Of a stretch of DNA of 13,718 nt, positions 1-7,754 are shown piece by piece. The notes under the pieces are model-generated. The model saw only the letters and a program-made list of their open reading frames with translations, was not told where the DNA came from and ran no database searches. Origin of the DNA: Promethearchaeia archaeon. Its GTDB lineage: Archaea > Asgardarchaeota > Lokiarchaeia > Sigyniarchaeales > SOKP01. Location of the stretch: positions 1 to 13,718 of the forward strand of contig JAHQWH010000228.1 in the NCBI GenBank assembly GCA_029856105.1, written 5' to 3'. A program made the translations under genes and the position numbers. The stretch's first letter is position 1. Each line of letters begins with the position of its first letter.

Positions 1-131
1 TGTAAATCAAAATCAAACTTATACCTAAAATAATTGTATAGATGTTAAAATGATCTTATAATTAAAATAAACTATGACCTATTTATTTATATTGTTTCTA
101 TTTTTATAGAAAAGTGTAAAAATTAGTCAAT

Positions 132-1727
132 TTAGGAGGGGAATTTGTATCCTTTAAACAATTTCAGAAGGTATTTTATGTCCTCTGAATTTTGAACGAT
201 TCTTTGTAAATCATATGGGAAATTTTTTAATTCGACTTCTTTTCCCTCTGATGCCCACTCTATAATCAATTTAACTAACTCTTTGTATTTATTTACCGTA
301 TTTCCCTCAAATTCGATTTCAGAAATGATATCTAACGCTTTATTAGGTTTACCATTAAGAATCGAAGAAATGGCTGCTAGAACATAAGATTGGACTATGT
401 GAGAATGGCGGATTTTTTTTAAATTAGCGGCTCTATAGTAATACCTGTAGACATTTTTCACCATTTCGTTAACAAGAAAATCTTTAGCGGTATCAAGTTG
501 TTGATAGAATTTAATGCTTTCCATAATCAGAGTAGCTGCAGTATAAAATTGTTTATTTTTCAATCCCTCTTTAGCTATTATGTTTAAGCCTCTAATAATT
601 TGATTGAAAATGCCAAATCTATTGTATTCTAAGCCTCCTTCAACTGCTATATCGTAGGCGTTTAAATAACTCTCCGTTGAATCGTTTACATTCTCAGTTT
701 TCCAGTAGTTATCTCCTGCTTTTACATAGTGCTTGTAGGTCATCTCTAAATTGTTTAATTTTTTAAAAGTCACCGCAGCATTAAAGAAATTTGTAGCAGC
801 TTCGTTAAAATCCTTAACCTTTTCAGAGTAGTTTCCAGCTAAAACAAAACAAGAAGCCGATTCAATTAAATTGTTGTTGATTTCTTGATAACATAACGCC
901 GCACCACGATAATACGTTGCTATTTTGTGATAATTCCCCTCGTTTTTCTCTAGTCTTAGTCTTTCTGCTAAATTAATATATGCTCCAGCTTCTTTTTTTG
1001 AATAACTAATGAATTGTTCTTCTTCATTTATGAGTTGATAGAGCGATTTTAATACTTGTGAAATTTGAGAAATTGCTAGATTATCATTTTTTTGTTCAAA
1101 AGTCTGAAAAAGGTTTGAAAAAAACTCGATTCCGTCGTAAATTATATCATTTGATTTATTTATCTCGTCTAATTCTTGGTAACACGACGCAATTTGCTTA
1201 TAAGAATACGAGAGCAAATCAAAATAATGATAATCCTTTGCTATATTTATAACATTTAAGTAATATTTTTTTGCATTTTTAATATCTTGGGTTTTTAAAT
1301 ACAACTCAGCGATGTTTTCGTAATTTTGAGCGAGCTTCCTAATATCATCGAAATCCTTTAATATTTTACTTTCCTGCTTTAAAAAATTGATGCTATTTAA
1401 AAGATTTTTTTTATATAATTTAGAATCGTTAAGCTTTTCGTAGAGTTCAGCAATTTTTAAGAAAGTTTCAGCAACCTCATGCAATTTTCCTTGAAGCTTA
1501 AAGGAACTTATCTGTTTTTCCCAGAATTTAATAGTTAATTTATTTAATTTGGTTGACTGAAAAGAGACTATGCTTTCTAATAATTCCGTTACGGAAAAAA
1601 GAAGTTCACCAGCTTCAAAAAATTCTCCTGATTCAGCGGTTTCATTCGCCATTATAATAGAATCATTTTGAATTTTTTGAATTATTTGGGTTTTTTTCTT
1701 CTCGTCCTTAAGATTTCCAAGTTCCAC
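132..1727 (-). CDS. TPR/alpha-solenoid repeat protein, alpha-SNAP (Sec17)-like
   Basis: 531-aa helical ORF with repeated A-x-x-(Y/F)-x-x-(A/I)-A motifs (LAQNYENIAELY, IATYYRGAALCY, SASCFVLAGNY, AATNFFNAAVTF, YKHYVKAGDNY). GTG start at 1727 has GAGG just upstream; the frame stays open to an ATT at 1790, so the start is uncertain. Confidence 0.8.
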   Translation of the reverse strand: MELGNLKDEKKKTQIIQKIQNDSIIMANETAESGEFFEAGELLFSVTELLESIVSFQSTKLNKLTIKFWEKQISSFKLQGKLHEVAETFLKIAELYEKLNDSKLYKKNLLNSINFLKQESKILKDFDDIRKLAQNYENIAELYLKTQDIKNAKKYYLNVINIAKDYHYFDLLSYSYKQIASCYQELDEINKSNDIIYDGIEFFSNLFQTFEQKNDNLAISQISQVLKSLYQLINEEEQFISYSKKEAGAYINLAERLRLEKNEGNYHKIATYYRGAALCYQEINNNLIESASCFVLAGNYSEKVKDFNEAATNFFNAAVTFKKLNNLEMTYKHYVKAGDNYWKTENVNDSTESYLNAYDIAVEGGLEYNRFGIFNQIIRGLNIIAKEGLKNKQFYTAATLIMESIKFYQQLDTAKDFLVNEMVKNVYRYYYRAANLKKIRHSHIVQSYVLAAISSILNGKPNKALDIISEIEFEGNTVNKYKELVKLIIEWASEGKEVELKNFPYDLQRIVQNSEDIKYLLKLFKGYKFPS

Positions 1728-2011
1728 TAAAGCCTCTCTTATTTTTTCGAGGTAATCGCCGTAATCGCTAAAGGTGTCCTCTTGAAGAATCTAAAATCAA
1801 CCCTATAAATAATATAACTAATAATTAGATTTATGCAATAAAATTTTTTGACACATAAAATTTTTATGGAAAATGGAAAAGTTTTTGGTTTTGTAATAAT
1901 AAAATCTATTATATCGGACACAAACCTAGAACCCCATTATAGCCATTAAGTTAAAAGCCTATTTTATTGAATCTTACTATTTTTTTGATTTCAGAATTAA
2001 TTATAAATAGT

Positions 2012-2030
2012 TGAAAGGTTTTATTTATAA
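2012..2030 (+). promoter_or_regulatory. Putative BRE/TATA element for the ThiS/MoaD-like gene
   Basis: TGAAAGGTTTTATTTATAA, a purine-rich run followed by a T/A box, about 40-60 nt before the TTG start. Confidence 0.4.
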
Positions 2031-2070
2031 TAGTTAAAATCAATAAATTAAAATTAGATGTGGTTTAAAA

Positions 2071-2280
2071 TTGAAACAGATTGCTGATCTTTTAGAAACT
2101 GGTATTATTGAGAATTATACCCCGAAGAGAAAGATGTTAGTTAAAGACCTCCTTAAAGAGTTAAACCTTGAAGGTAAATACTTTGGGATCCTCGTTGATG
2201 GCAAGAAAGCTAGCGAGGATACGGTTTTAGATGAGAAATCAGACATTATAATTCTTCCTCATATAGCTGGAGGAAAATAA
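2071..2280 (+). CDS. ThiS/MoaD/SAMP-family beta-grasp (ubiquitin-like) protein, probable sulfur carrier or protein modifier
   Basis: 69 aa, TTG start; the pattern VKDLLKELNL...ILVDGK...L...DIIILPHIAGG is typical of ThiS/MoaD; the terminal diglycine is followed by one Lys. Confidence 0.85.
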   Translation: MKQIADLLETGIIENYTPKRKMLVKDLLKELNLEGKYFGILVDGKKASEDTVLDEKSDIIILPHIAGGK

Positions 2281-2315
2281 ATTTCTTTTTGGTTACTTAT
2301 TTTATCTATCTATTC

Positions 2316-3296
2316 CTACTGTAAAGAGATTCTCATTAAGTCCTTTGCTAAAATAGTATTAGGGAATATCAGTTCTGCTTCTTGCAGCAATTGGTTAGCG
2401 TCCTCTTGATACCTCGATGAAATATGGGTTAAAATTAATTGTTTAGCGTTCATTTTTTTAGCATCGTTAGCTGCGTCAACAGAAGTGGAATGTTTCTTTT
2501 CAAGTGCGAGATCAGACAACTCTTTCGAAAAAGTTGCTTCATGAATTAAAACATCAGAATCTCTTCCTAATTCAATCAAGTTTTTACAAGGGATTGTGTC
2601 ACCCGAGTATGTCACTTTTCGACCGGGTCTCTTTGGACCAACTATCCCTTCTTTTAAAGGATCAATTGTTTTTCCTTCATATTCAATAATATCTCCTTCT
2701 TGAAGAGTTTTCCATAGATTACTTTTAGGAATTCCAAGTTCTTCTGCCCTTTCTGGATTAAATTTTCCATTACGAGGTTTTTCTATAAACGAATAGGCGT
2801 AAGTTAACACTGAATGTTCCACTAAAGCATATTTGAGAACATACCTTTTTCCATCAAAAATGACATTATCTTCAAAATTCAGTTCTCTTTTAGAGATTTC
2901 AGAATCTAAGCCTTCGAATTCTATTAGTTTTTTGTTGTCGTTATCAATTTCAACGATTTTAATCGGATAATTTGCTTTTAGTCCGAGAATTTTTCTATGG
3001 ACAAATAAATAAAGAAACAAATTCCGAGGTCCAAATATAGTAACGGGAGCCGTTCTTTCAATTAAACCAAACCTAAATAAAAGCCCTGGAAGACCTATGA
3101 TATGATCTCCATGAAAATGCGAAATTAATATTTTTAAAGGTTTATTAAACTTTAAACCCGCTTCAATTAGCCTTCTTTGGAGGTCTTCCCCACAATCAAA
3201 TAGAAAGAGTTCGTTTTTATATTTAAGAGCTGTTGAAGGAAGGTTCCTTTCGCGAACAGGAATCGCCGCGGAAGAACCTAGGATTATTAATTCCAT
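2316..3296 (-). CDS. rnz: Ribonuclease Z (tRNA 3' endonuclease, short form)
   Basis: N-terminal ILGSSAAIP, LFDCGE, metallo-beta-lactamase HFHGDH, flexible arm (GKFNPERAEELGIP...GPKRPGRK), YSGDT, HEATF, HST and LTHISSRY motifs. Confidence 0.96.
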   Translation of the reverse strand: MELIILGSSAAIPVRERNLPSTALKYKNELFLFDCGEDLQRRLIEAGLKFNKPLKILISHFHGDHIIGLPGLLFRFGLIERTAPVTIFGPRNLFLYLFVHRKILGLKANYPIKIVEIDNDNKKLIEFEGLDSEISKRELNFEDNVIFDGKRYVLKYALVEHSVLTYAYSFIEKPRNGKFNPERAEELGIPKSNLWKTLQEGDIIEYEGKTIDPLKEGIVGPKRPGRKVTYSGDTIPCKNLIELGRDSDVLIHEATFSKELSDLALEKKHSTSVDAANDAKKMNAKQLILTHISSRYQEDANQLLQEAELIFPNTILAKDLMRISLQ

Positions 3297-3316
3297 CGAA
3301 GTTCATTTAATATTAA

Positions 3317-4525
3317 TTATTTAGTTTTTCTTAACTGCGAGATTTCAAGCCGTTGTTCAATGTTTTGTTTGCTCAAATCGTCAACCAAACTTTCGAGCTC
3401 TTTAAACCTTAAATTAATACCTGGGTTTATTGTTTGTGTTGTATTTCCCTGAGTTTGAATCTGAATTCTTAAACTATCTAACTCTGTTTCTATTTTATTT
3501 AATTTTTGATCTTTTAGTTTGAGTTGGTTGTCTAAATCTTCGTATTTTCTTTTAATTCTTATAGCTTCGTTCTTAATCGTAGTAATTGCTTCTTCTTTCG
3601 TTTTTAACGCGTTTTTTGATTCAGCTAATTGTTTTTGCAAAAAGCTTGCCATTTCTCTTTGAATTTTCAATTTACCTTCAATTTCTCCTTGAGGGATGCT
3701 ATCAAGAGTATCTTCCTCATTTTGCCCTTCTTTAATTTGTCCTTGAAGATTTGCTATTTGTACTTTTGATTTACTTAATTCGCTTTGTAATTCTTCTACA
3801 ACTTCTTTTAAAGCAATTGGTTCTGGTTCTGCTTTACTTTTCTTGTCTTTTTCTTTTTTCTCGTGTTTAGTTATAACCTTTTTTAATTCTTCATTTTGTC
3901 TTTTTGCTTTATTAAGTTTTTTTTGCAGCTCTTGTAGTAGATTTTTCGTATTATTATTATCAACATGGTTAGTTCCTATTTGAGAAGAGCTATTCTCGAT
4001 CTTTTCCGTTAAATCCATAATTTTATCATTTAATAATTCAATTTTTTCGTCCTTTTCACTCATTTTTTCGTTATATTCGTCGCTTCCAAGATCTTTATTC
4101 TTCAACCGCCTAATTAAAGATTCTTGTTTATTTAATTTATCTTGTAATTCATGAAGCAAAATATTAAGTGGTGCTTTATCCTTTTCTCTTAGCTCTTCTA
4201 CGCTAATAACAGAAGAATCAGCTGTTCTCAAAAAGTTATCGTGCTTTTTTTGTAATTCCATTTTTTCTTTTCTTAAAAAACCCATTCGATTTTTTAGCTC
4301 TCGTACTTCTCTATCCTTAGCATCTAATTCAATATTTAATTTTTCTTCTTTCGCCTTTTTCATCTTTTTTTTCGGAGCCTTTTCATCGAACATTTCCTCG
4401 TATCTCATAACTTCTTCTTCAAAGCCATCAATTTTATCTAAGTAAAGACCAATTTCATTATCTTTTTTGTTCAATTCTAACTGTAACTCGTTAATTCTCT
4501 TGCGTAAGTTATCTTCTTCTGTCAT
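3317..4525 (-). CDS. Long coiled-coil protein of unknown function
   Basis: 402 aa, K/E/L/Q-rich heptad pattern throughout; no ATPase motif and no TM segment; AAGGTG upstream of the ATG. Confidence 0.8.
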   Translation of the reverse strand: MTEEDNLRKRINELQLELNKKDNEIGLYLDKIDGFEEEVMRYEEMFDEKAPKKKMKKAKEEKLNIELDAKDREVRELKNRMGFLRKEKMELQKKHDNFLRTADSSVISVEELREKDKAPLNILLHELQDKLNKQESLIRRLKNKDLGSDEYNEKMSEKDEKIELLNDKIMDLTEKIENSSSQIGTNHVDNNNTKNLLQELQKKLNKAKRQNEELKKVITKHEKKEKDKKSKAEPEPIALKEVVEELQSELSKSKVQIANLQGQIKEGQNEEDTLDSIPQGEIEGKLKIQREMASFLQKQLAESKNALKTKEEAITTIKNEAIRIKRKYEDLDNQLKLKDQKLNKIETELDSLRIQIQTQGNTTQTINPGINLRFKELESLVDDLSKQNIEQRLEISQLRKTK

Positions 4526-4618
4526 CTTCGCACCTTACTATTTATTTAGAAAAAATTAAATTATGTATAATATAATTCTAAATTCTACTTTTTTAATCTT
4601 TTTCTTTCAAAAAAATGA

Positions 4619-6532
4619 TTAATATATATCGAAGTCTTTGATGGTAAATTTCTTAATTTTTTTCAATATTGGATAAAGACTTAAATAATTAAAAGTTAAG
4701 AAAGCGACAAAAAGTAGGCCTATAATAGTGAAAGGCATTGAGATATGTGGTAAAGATACTCTTTGAAATAAAACGAGCGAATTTAATATCATTCCTATAC
4801 CTAAACTCAAAAAAAGTGATGGTATAATTACATAGAGAGCTTCCAAGAAAAGGATTTTCTTAATATTTTTATATTTCGAGCCAATAGCCTTCATTATTAG
4901 GAAATCTTTAGCTTTTTCTATAATGCTACCTTTTTGATAATTATATAAAGAAAGAATTGAAATGATGGCCATAGCAATAATTAAAAAAGCGGGATATAGA
5001 GTTAAATTATTTAAATATTGTAAATTTTCGTCGAAAGTTTGATTTAGGTTTATATAAGTGAAATTATCTCCAAGATTTCCACTAATAATTAATTCAATGT
5101 TGTCTATGACATTATTATATTCGCCTGGTCTTATTTTTAACAAAAGGAGATTAATATTCTGCTCAGTAAAATTCAAATCTTCTTGCATAACCTCTAAATC
5201 TACATATCCCGCAAAGCCGCTGTAAAAACTATCTAGGACAACCCCGGAAATGTGAAAGGTATGACCTAATCCTAATTCCTCAACTCTCAAACTCTGTGAT
5301 AATGGATAATCAAAAAAATTATAACCTAATCCGTCTCCAATTATCATGTTTACAGAATCTTCCGGAACAAAATATTCTCCTTCCAATTCAAAATTTTGTA
5401 TCATTTCGCTAATATTAACGCCTACAATCGGGAAAACCCCTGAACGTTGTTGACCTGCTACTAAATAACCTCCATCTGTTAGGTAATGATACCCATCAAG
5501 TTCAGTTAAATTAAAAAAATTTAACAAACGCTGATCTATGTTCTCAACTTCAGTAATACTACTTATTTCTTCAATATCAGAAAGGTTAAACATGTAATTT
5601 GGATTTAAAAAATCAAGGCTATTTTCATTTATAATAATGTCCGGATTAGAAAACATACTGTACATCAAAGTGTAGTTTTGAATAATGTCTCTATGACCAA
5701 TAGCGATGATATCTTCACCTTGAGACTTTCCTATCCATTCTTGGGAGGAATTGCTCAAAACGATATTCCCTAATCCTAAAGTAAAAATTACTAAAGAAAT
5801 TACAGAAAAAACTATAAAGTACCTCTTAAATTCCCCTTTTCTCCTGATTGTGTTAATAACGGAAATTTTAAAGTTAAATCCTATTGAGGACAACCATTTT
5901 GGAACTAACGTATATCCTCTTGAAGCGTCGTAATTATAGGGTATATCCTTTGAAAATAATTTTATGGTATTTTTATTTCCTAATTTCCTTAAAATTACGC
6001 CGGGCACGAAATAAATCCCCCCTAAACACGAGAAAAACAATATTGGAGTATAAATTAAATCAATTTGAAAAGAGGTTACAATTCCTAAAAGCGATGCAAT
6101 AAACGCGAAGATACCGTATGAAACAAAACCGATTATTAACCCTATCAAGAAACCAACGATAAACACTACATATACTTCGGTTAAATAAAAGTTATATAAT
6201 CTCCTTGGTAGCGTTCCTAAGGCTTTCATAATAGCAATATCACGTTTTTTATTAATAACTAGTGTGCTTGTCACGATTATAACAATAATAAAAGCCAAAA
6301 TAACTATAAGGCTCAGTATTAGAATCGTAAAATCTGTAAAGACTAAGCTTATACCTCCTTTAAAATAAAATTCATTTTCGTACTGATACGTTAAAAATCT
6401 ATTTAAGCCCATTGAAGATGTAAAATACGTTAAGAAAATTGTGAGCGCAATAACTAAAGCAATTATTACTACGTAAGGGAAAGTGACCTCCCTTTTTCTA
6501 AAGAAGTCTTTTAAGGCAAAATCTAAACTTAT
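4619..6532 (-). CDS. MacB/LolC/FtsX-family ABC transporter permease (two FtsX-like halves)
   Basis: Two FtsX signatures (KKRDIAIMKALG, KAKDFLIMKAIG) with flanking TM helices and one large extracellular domain. The ORF track starts at ATG 6412, but the frame is open to 6559 and the extension encodes the family's N-terminal helix and TM1, so the start is placed at ATA 6532 (or 6535) behind GGTGAG. Confidence 0.88.
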   Translation of the reverse strand: MSLDFALKDFFRKREVTFPYVVIIALVIALTIFLTYFTSSMGLNRFLTYQYENEFYFKGGISLVFTDFTILILSLIVILAFIIVIIVTSTLVINKKRDIAIMKALGTLPRRLYNFYLTEVYVVFIVGFLIGLIIGFVSYGIFAFIASLLGIVTSFQIDLIYTPILFFSCLGGIYFVPGVILRKLGNKNTIKLFSKDIPYNYDASRGYTLVPKWLSSIGFNFKISVINTIRRKGEFKRYFIVFSVISLVIFTLGLGNIVLSNSSQEWIGKSQGEDIIAIGHRDIIQNYTLMYSMFSNPDIIINENSLDFLNPNYMFNLSDIEEISSITEVENIDQRLLNFFNLTELDGYHYLTDGGYLVAGQQRSGVFPIVGVNISEMIQNFELEGEYFVPEDSVNMIIGDGLGYNFFDYPLSQSLRVEELGLGHTFHISGVVLDSFYSGFAGYVDLEVMQEDLNFTEQNINLLLLKIRPGEYNNVIDNIELIISGNLGDNFTYINLNQTFDENLQYLNNLTLYPAFLIIAMAIISILSLYNYQKGSIIEKAKDFLIMKAIGSKYKNIKKILFLEALYVIIPSLFLSLGIGMILNSLVLFQRVSLPHISMPFTIIGLLFVAFLTFNYLSLYPILKKIKKFTIKDFDIY

Positions 6533-6583
6533 TATTAACTCACCAATGTTAAATAATATTTAATTCAAAATCCAAAATCCTAA

Positions 6584-7330
6584 CTACTCTTCACTTATTA
6601 TCTTACCATCTTCAAAATTTATGACGCGATTTGCAAGTTTTATTAAAAAATCGTCGTGTGTTGCTATTATAATCGTTTTACCATCTTTTTTCATATCATC
6701 AAAGAGATCTCGTATAAACATACTTGTGTTTTTATCTAGGTTAGCTGTAGGCTCATCTGCCAAAATAATTGGAGGATCGTTTGCTAACGCTCTTGCTATT
6801 GCTACCCTCTGTTGTTCACCAGCCGAAAGTTGAAATGGTAAGTGTTCTCTTCTATCCCCCAAACCAATTTTTTTCAATAAACTTACTGCTTTCTCTCTTT
6901 GCTCTTTTAGCGTCATTCCAGCTAAATTCATTGGAAACATCACATTTTCTTCGGCAGTTAAAGTGCTAATAAGATTATAGTTCTGAAAAACGAATCCAGT
7001 GTTAACTAATCTAAATAAAGAGAGTGATTCTTCCTGTAAATTAGTAATTTTGACCCCACTTGAAAAAATTGTGCCTTTGTTAGGAGAATCTAACCCTCCA
7101 ATTAAATTTAGTAAAGTAGTTTTACCCGCTCCTGACGGACCTTTAATAACGATGAAATCTCTCTCTTTTATTTTCAGATTTACATCATTTACGGCTTTTA
7201 CAATAAAATTACCAATTTCATAATCTTTAAATAAATTTTTAGTTAAGATTACGATGTTTTCCTCTCTAATTTCATTTAAAATATCGGTATCCTCTAATTC
7301 AGTAGGCTCTTCAAGAAATTCTTTCTCCAT
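6584..7330 (-). CDS. ABC transporter ATP-binding protein, LolD/MacB (MJ0796) type
   Basis: Walker A GPSGAGKT, Q-loop GFVFQNYNL, signature LSAGEQQRV, Walker B ILADEPTANLD, H-loop ATHD; directly upstream of the permease. Confidence 0.95.
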   Translation of the reverse strand: MEKEFLEEPTELEDTDILNEIREENIVILTKNLFKDYEIGNFIVKAVNDVNLKIKERDFIVIKGPSGAGKTTLLNLIGGLDSPNKGTIFSSGVKITNLQEESLSLFRLVNTGFVFQNYNLISTLTAEENVMFPMNLAGMTLKEQREKAVSLLKKIGLGDRREHLPFQLSAGEQQRVAIARALANDPPIILADEPTANLDKNTSMFIRDLFDDMKKDGKTIIIATHDDFLIKLANRVINFEDGKIISEE

Positions 7331-7383
7331 TTTTATTTCAGCAACACATTCTTTTTCTAGTTCTCTTTTTTATAATCCTTAGT

Positions 7384-7463
7384 TATTTAAAATATTGTTC
7401 TATCGACTTCGTTTTAAAACTAATATTAAATTGTGTCGTTACGATCGAACAAAAGTTTAAATA
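7384..7463. promoter_or_regulatory. Divergent archaeal promoter pair arranged as a 22-bp inverted repeat
   Basis: TTTAAATA at 7456-7463 (+) and at 7391-7384 (-), each preceded by CGATMGAACAA; the arms 7384-7405 and 7442-7463 match at 19/22 positions. Confidence 0.65.
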
Positions 7464-7486
7464 TTGCCATGTTATAATTGAATATT

Positions 7487-7615
7487 AGAGGGAAAGCCGC
7501 AAATAAAAATATCCCCTAAATTTCCTAATTAAAATGGTAACGGAACTAAATTTTATCCCAAAATCTAACCTCATCTTGAGGTCAATTTCTGGCTTTCTCT
7601 CGTCTCTTCCTTTTT
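7487..7615 (+). ncRNA. Candidate structured small RNA or 5' leader, family unknown
   Basis: Starts about 25 nt after the TATA box; GAGGGAAAGCC (7488-7498) pairs with GGCTTTCTCTC (7591-7601), 11 bp with one G-U; internal hairpin ACCTCA-TCT-TGAGGT (7568-7582); ends in a pyrimidine run with T5. Confidence 0.4.
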
Positions 7616-7754
7616 GAAATAAAGTTAAGTAATTTGTGTTAAAAATTTAATTAATTAAAAATATTTATTTTAGTTAAGATATTTCATTATTAAAATTACA
7701 GCAGTTTTAAACTTTAAGCTAGTTCTTCAGAATAAAAAAAAAGGGGAAAAAAAT

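Noticed and set aside
1058-1252. 64-aa plus-strand ORF
   Set aside because: Antisense inside the SNAP-like gene; no recognisable motif.
1739-1921. 60-aa minus-strand ORF upstream of the SNAP-like gene
   Set aside because: Its I/F/K-rich composition mirrors AT-rich intergenic DNA, and it overlaps the probable promoter and the more protein-like alternative frame.
2504-2689. 61-aa plus-strand ORF
   Set aside because: Antisense shadow of rnz.
2071-3296. A tRNA-thiolation operon linking the SAMP-like gene, rnz and tusA/iscS
   Set aside because: The two genes are convergent, lie more than 5 kb from tusA, and no thiouridylase or E1 gene is in the window.
5751-7223. Five short plus-strand ORFs (5751, 5884, 6621, 6769, 6999)
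   Set aside because: Antisense shadows of the ABC permease and ATPase genes.
7487-7615. Assignment of the candidate RNA as a cobalamin riboswitch, 5S rRNA, C/D guide or SECIS
   Set aside because: Only a GGGAA fragment resembles the B12 riboswitch. The B12 box, the conserved 5S loop sequence and C/D boxes are not visible, and no adjacent selenoprotein gene is present.
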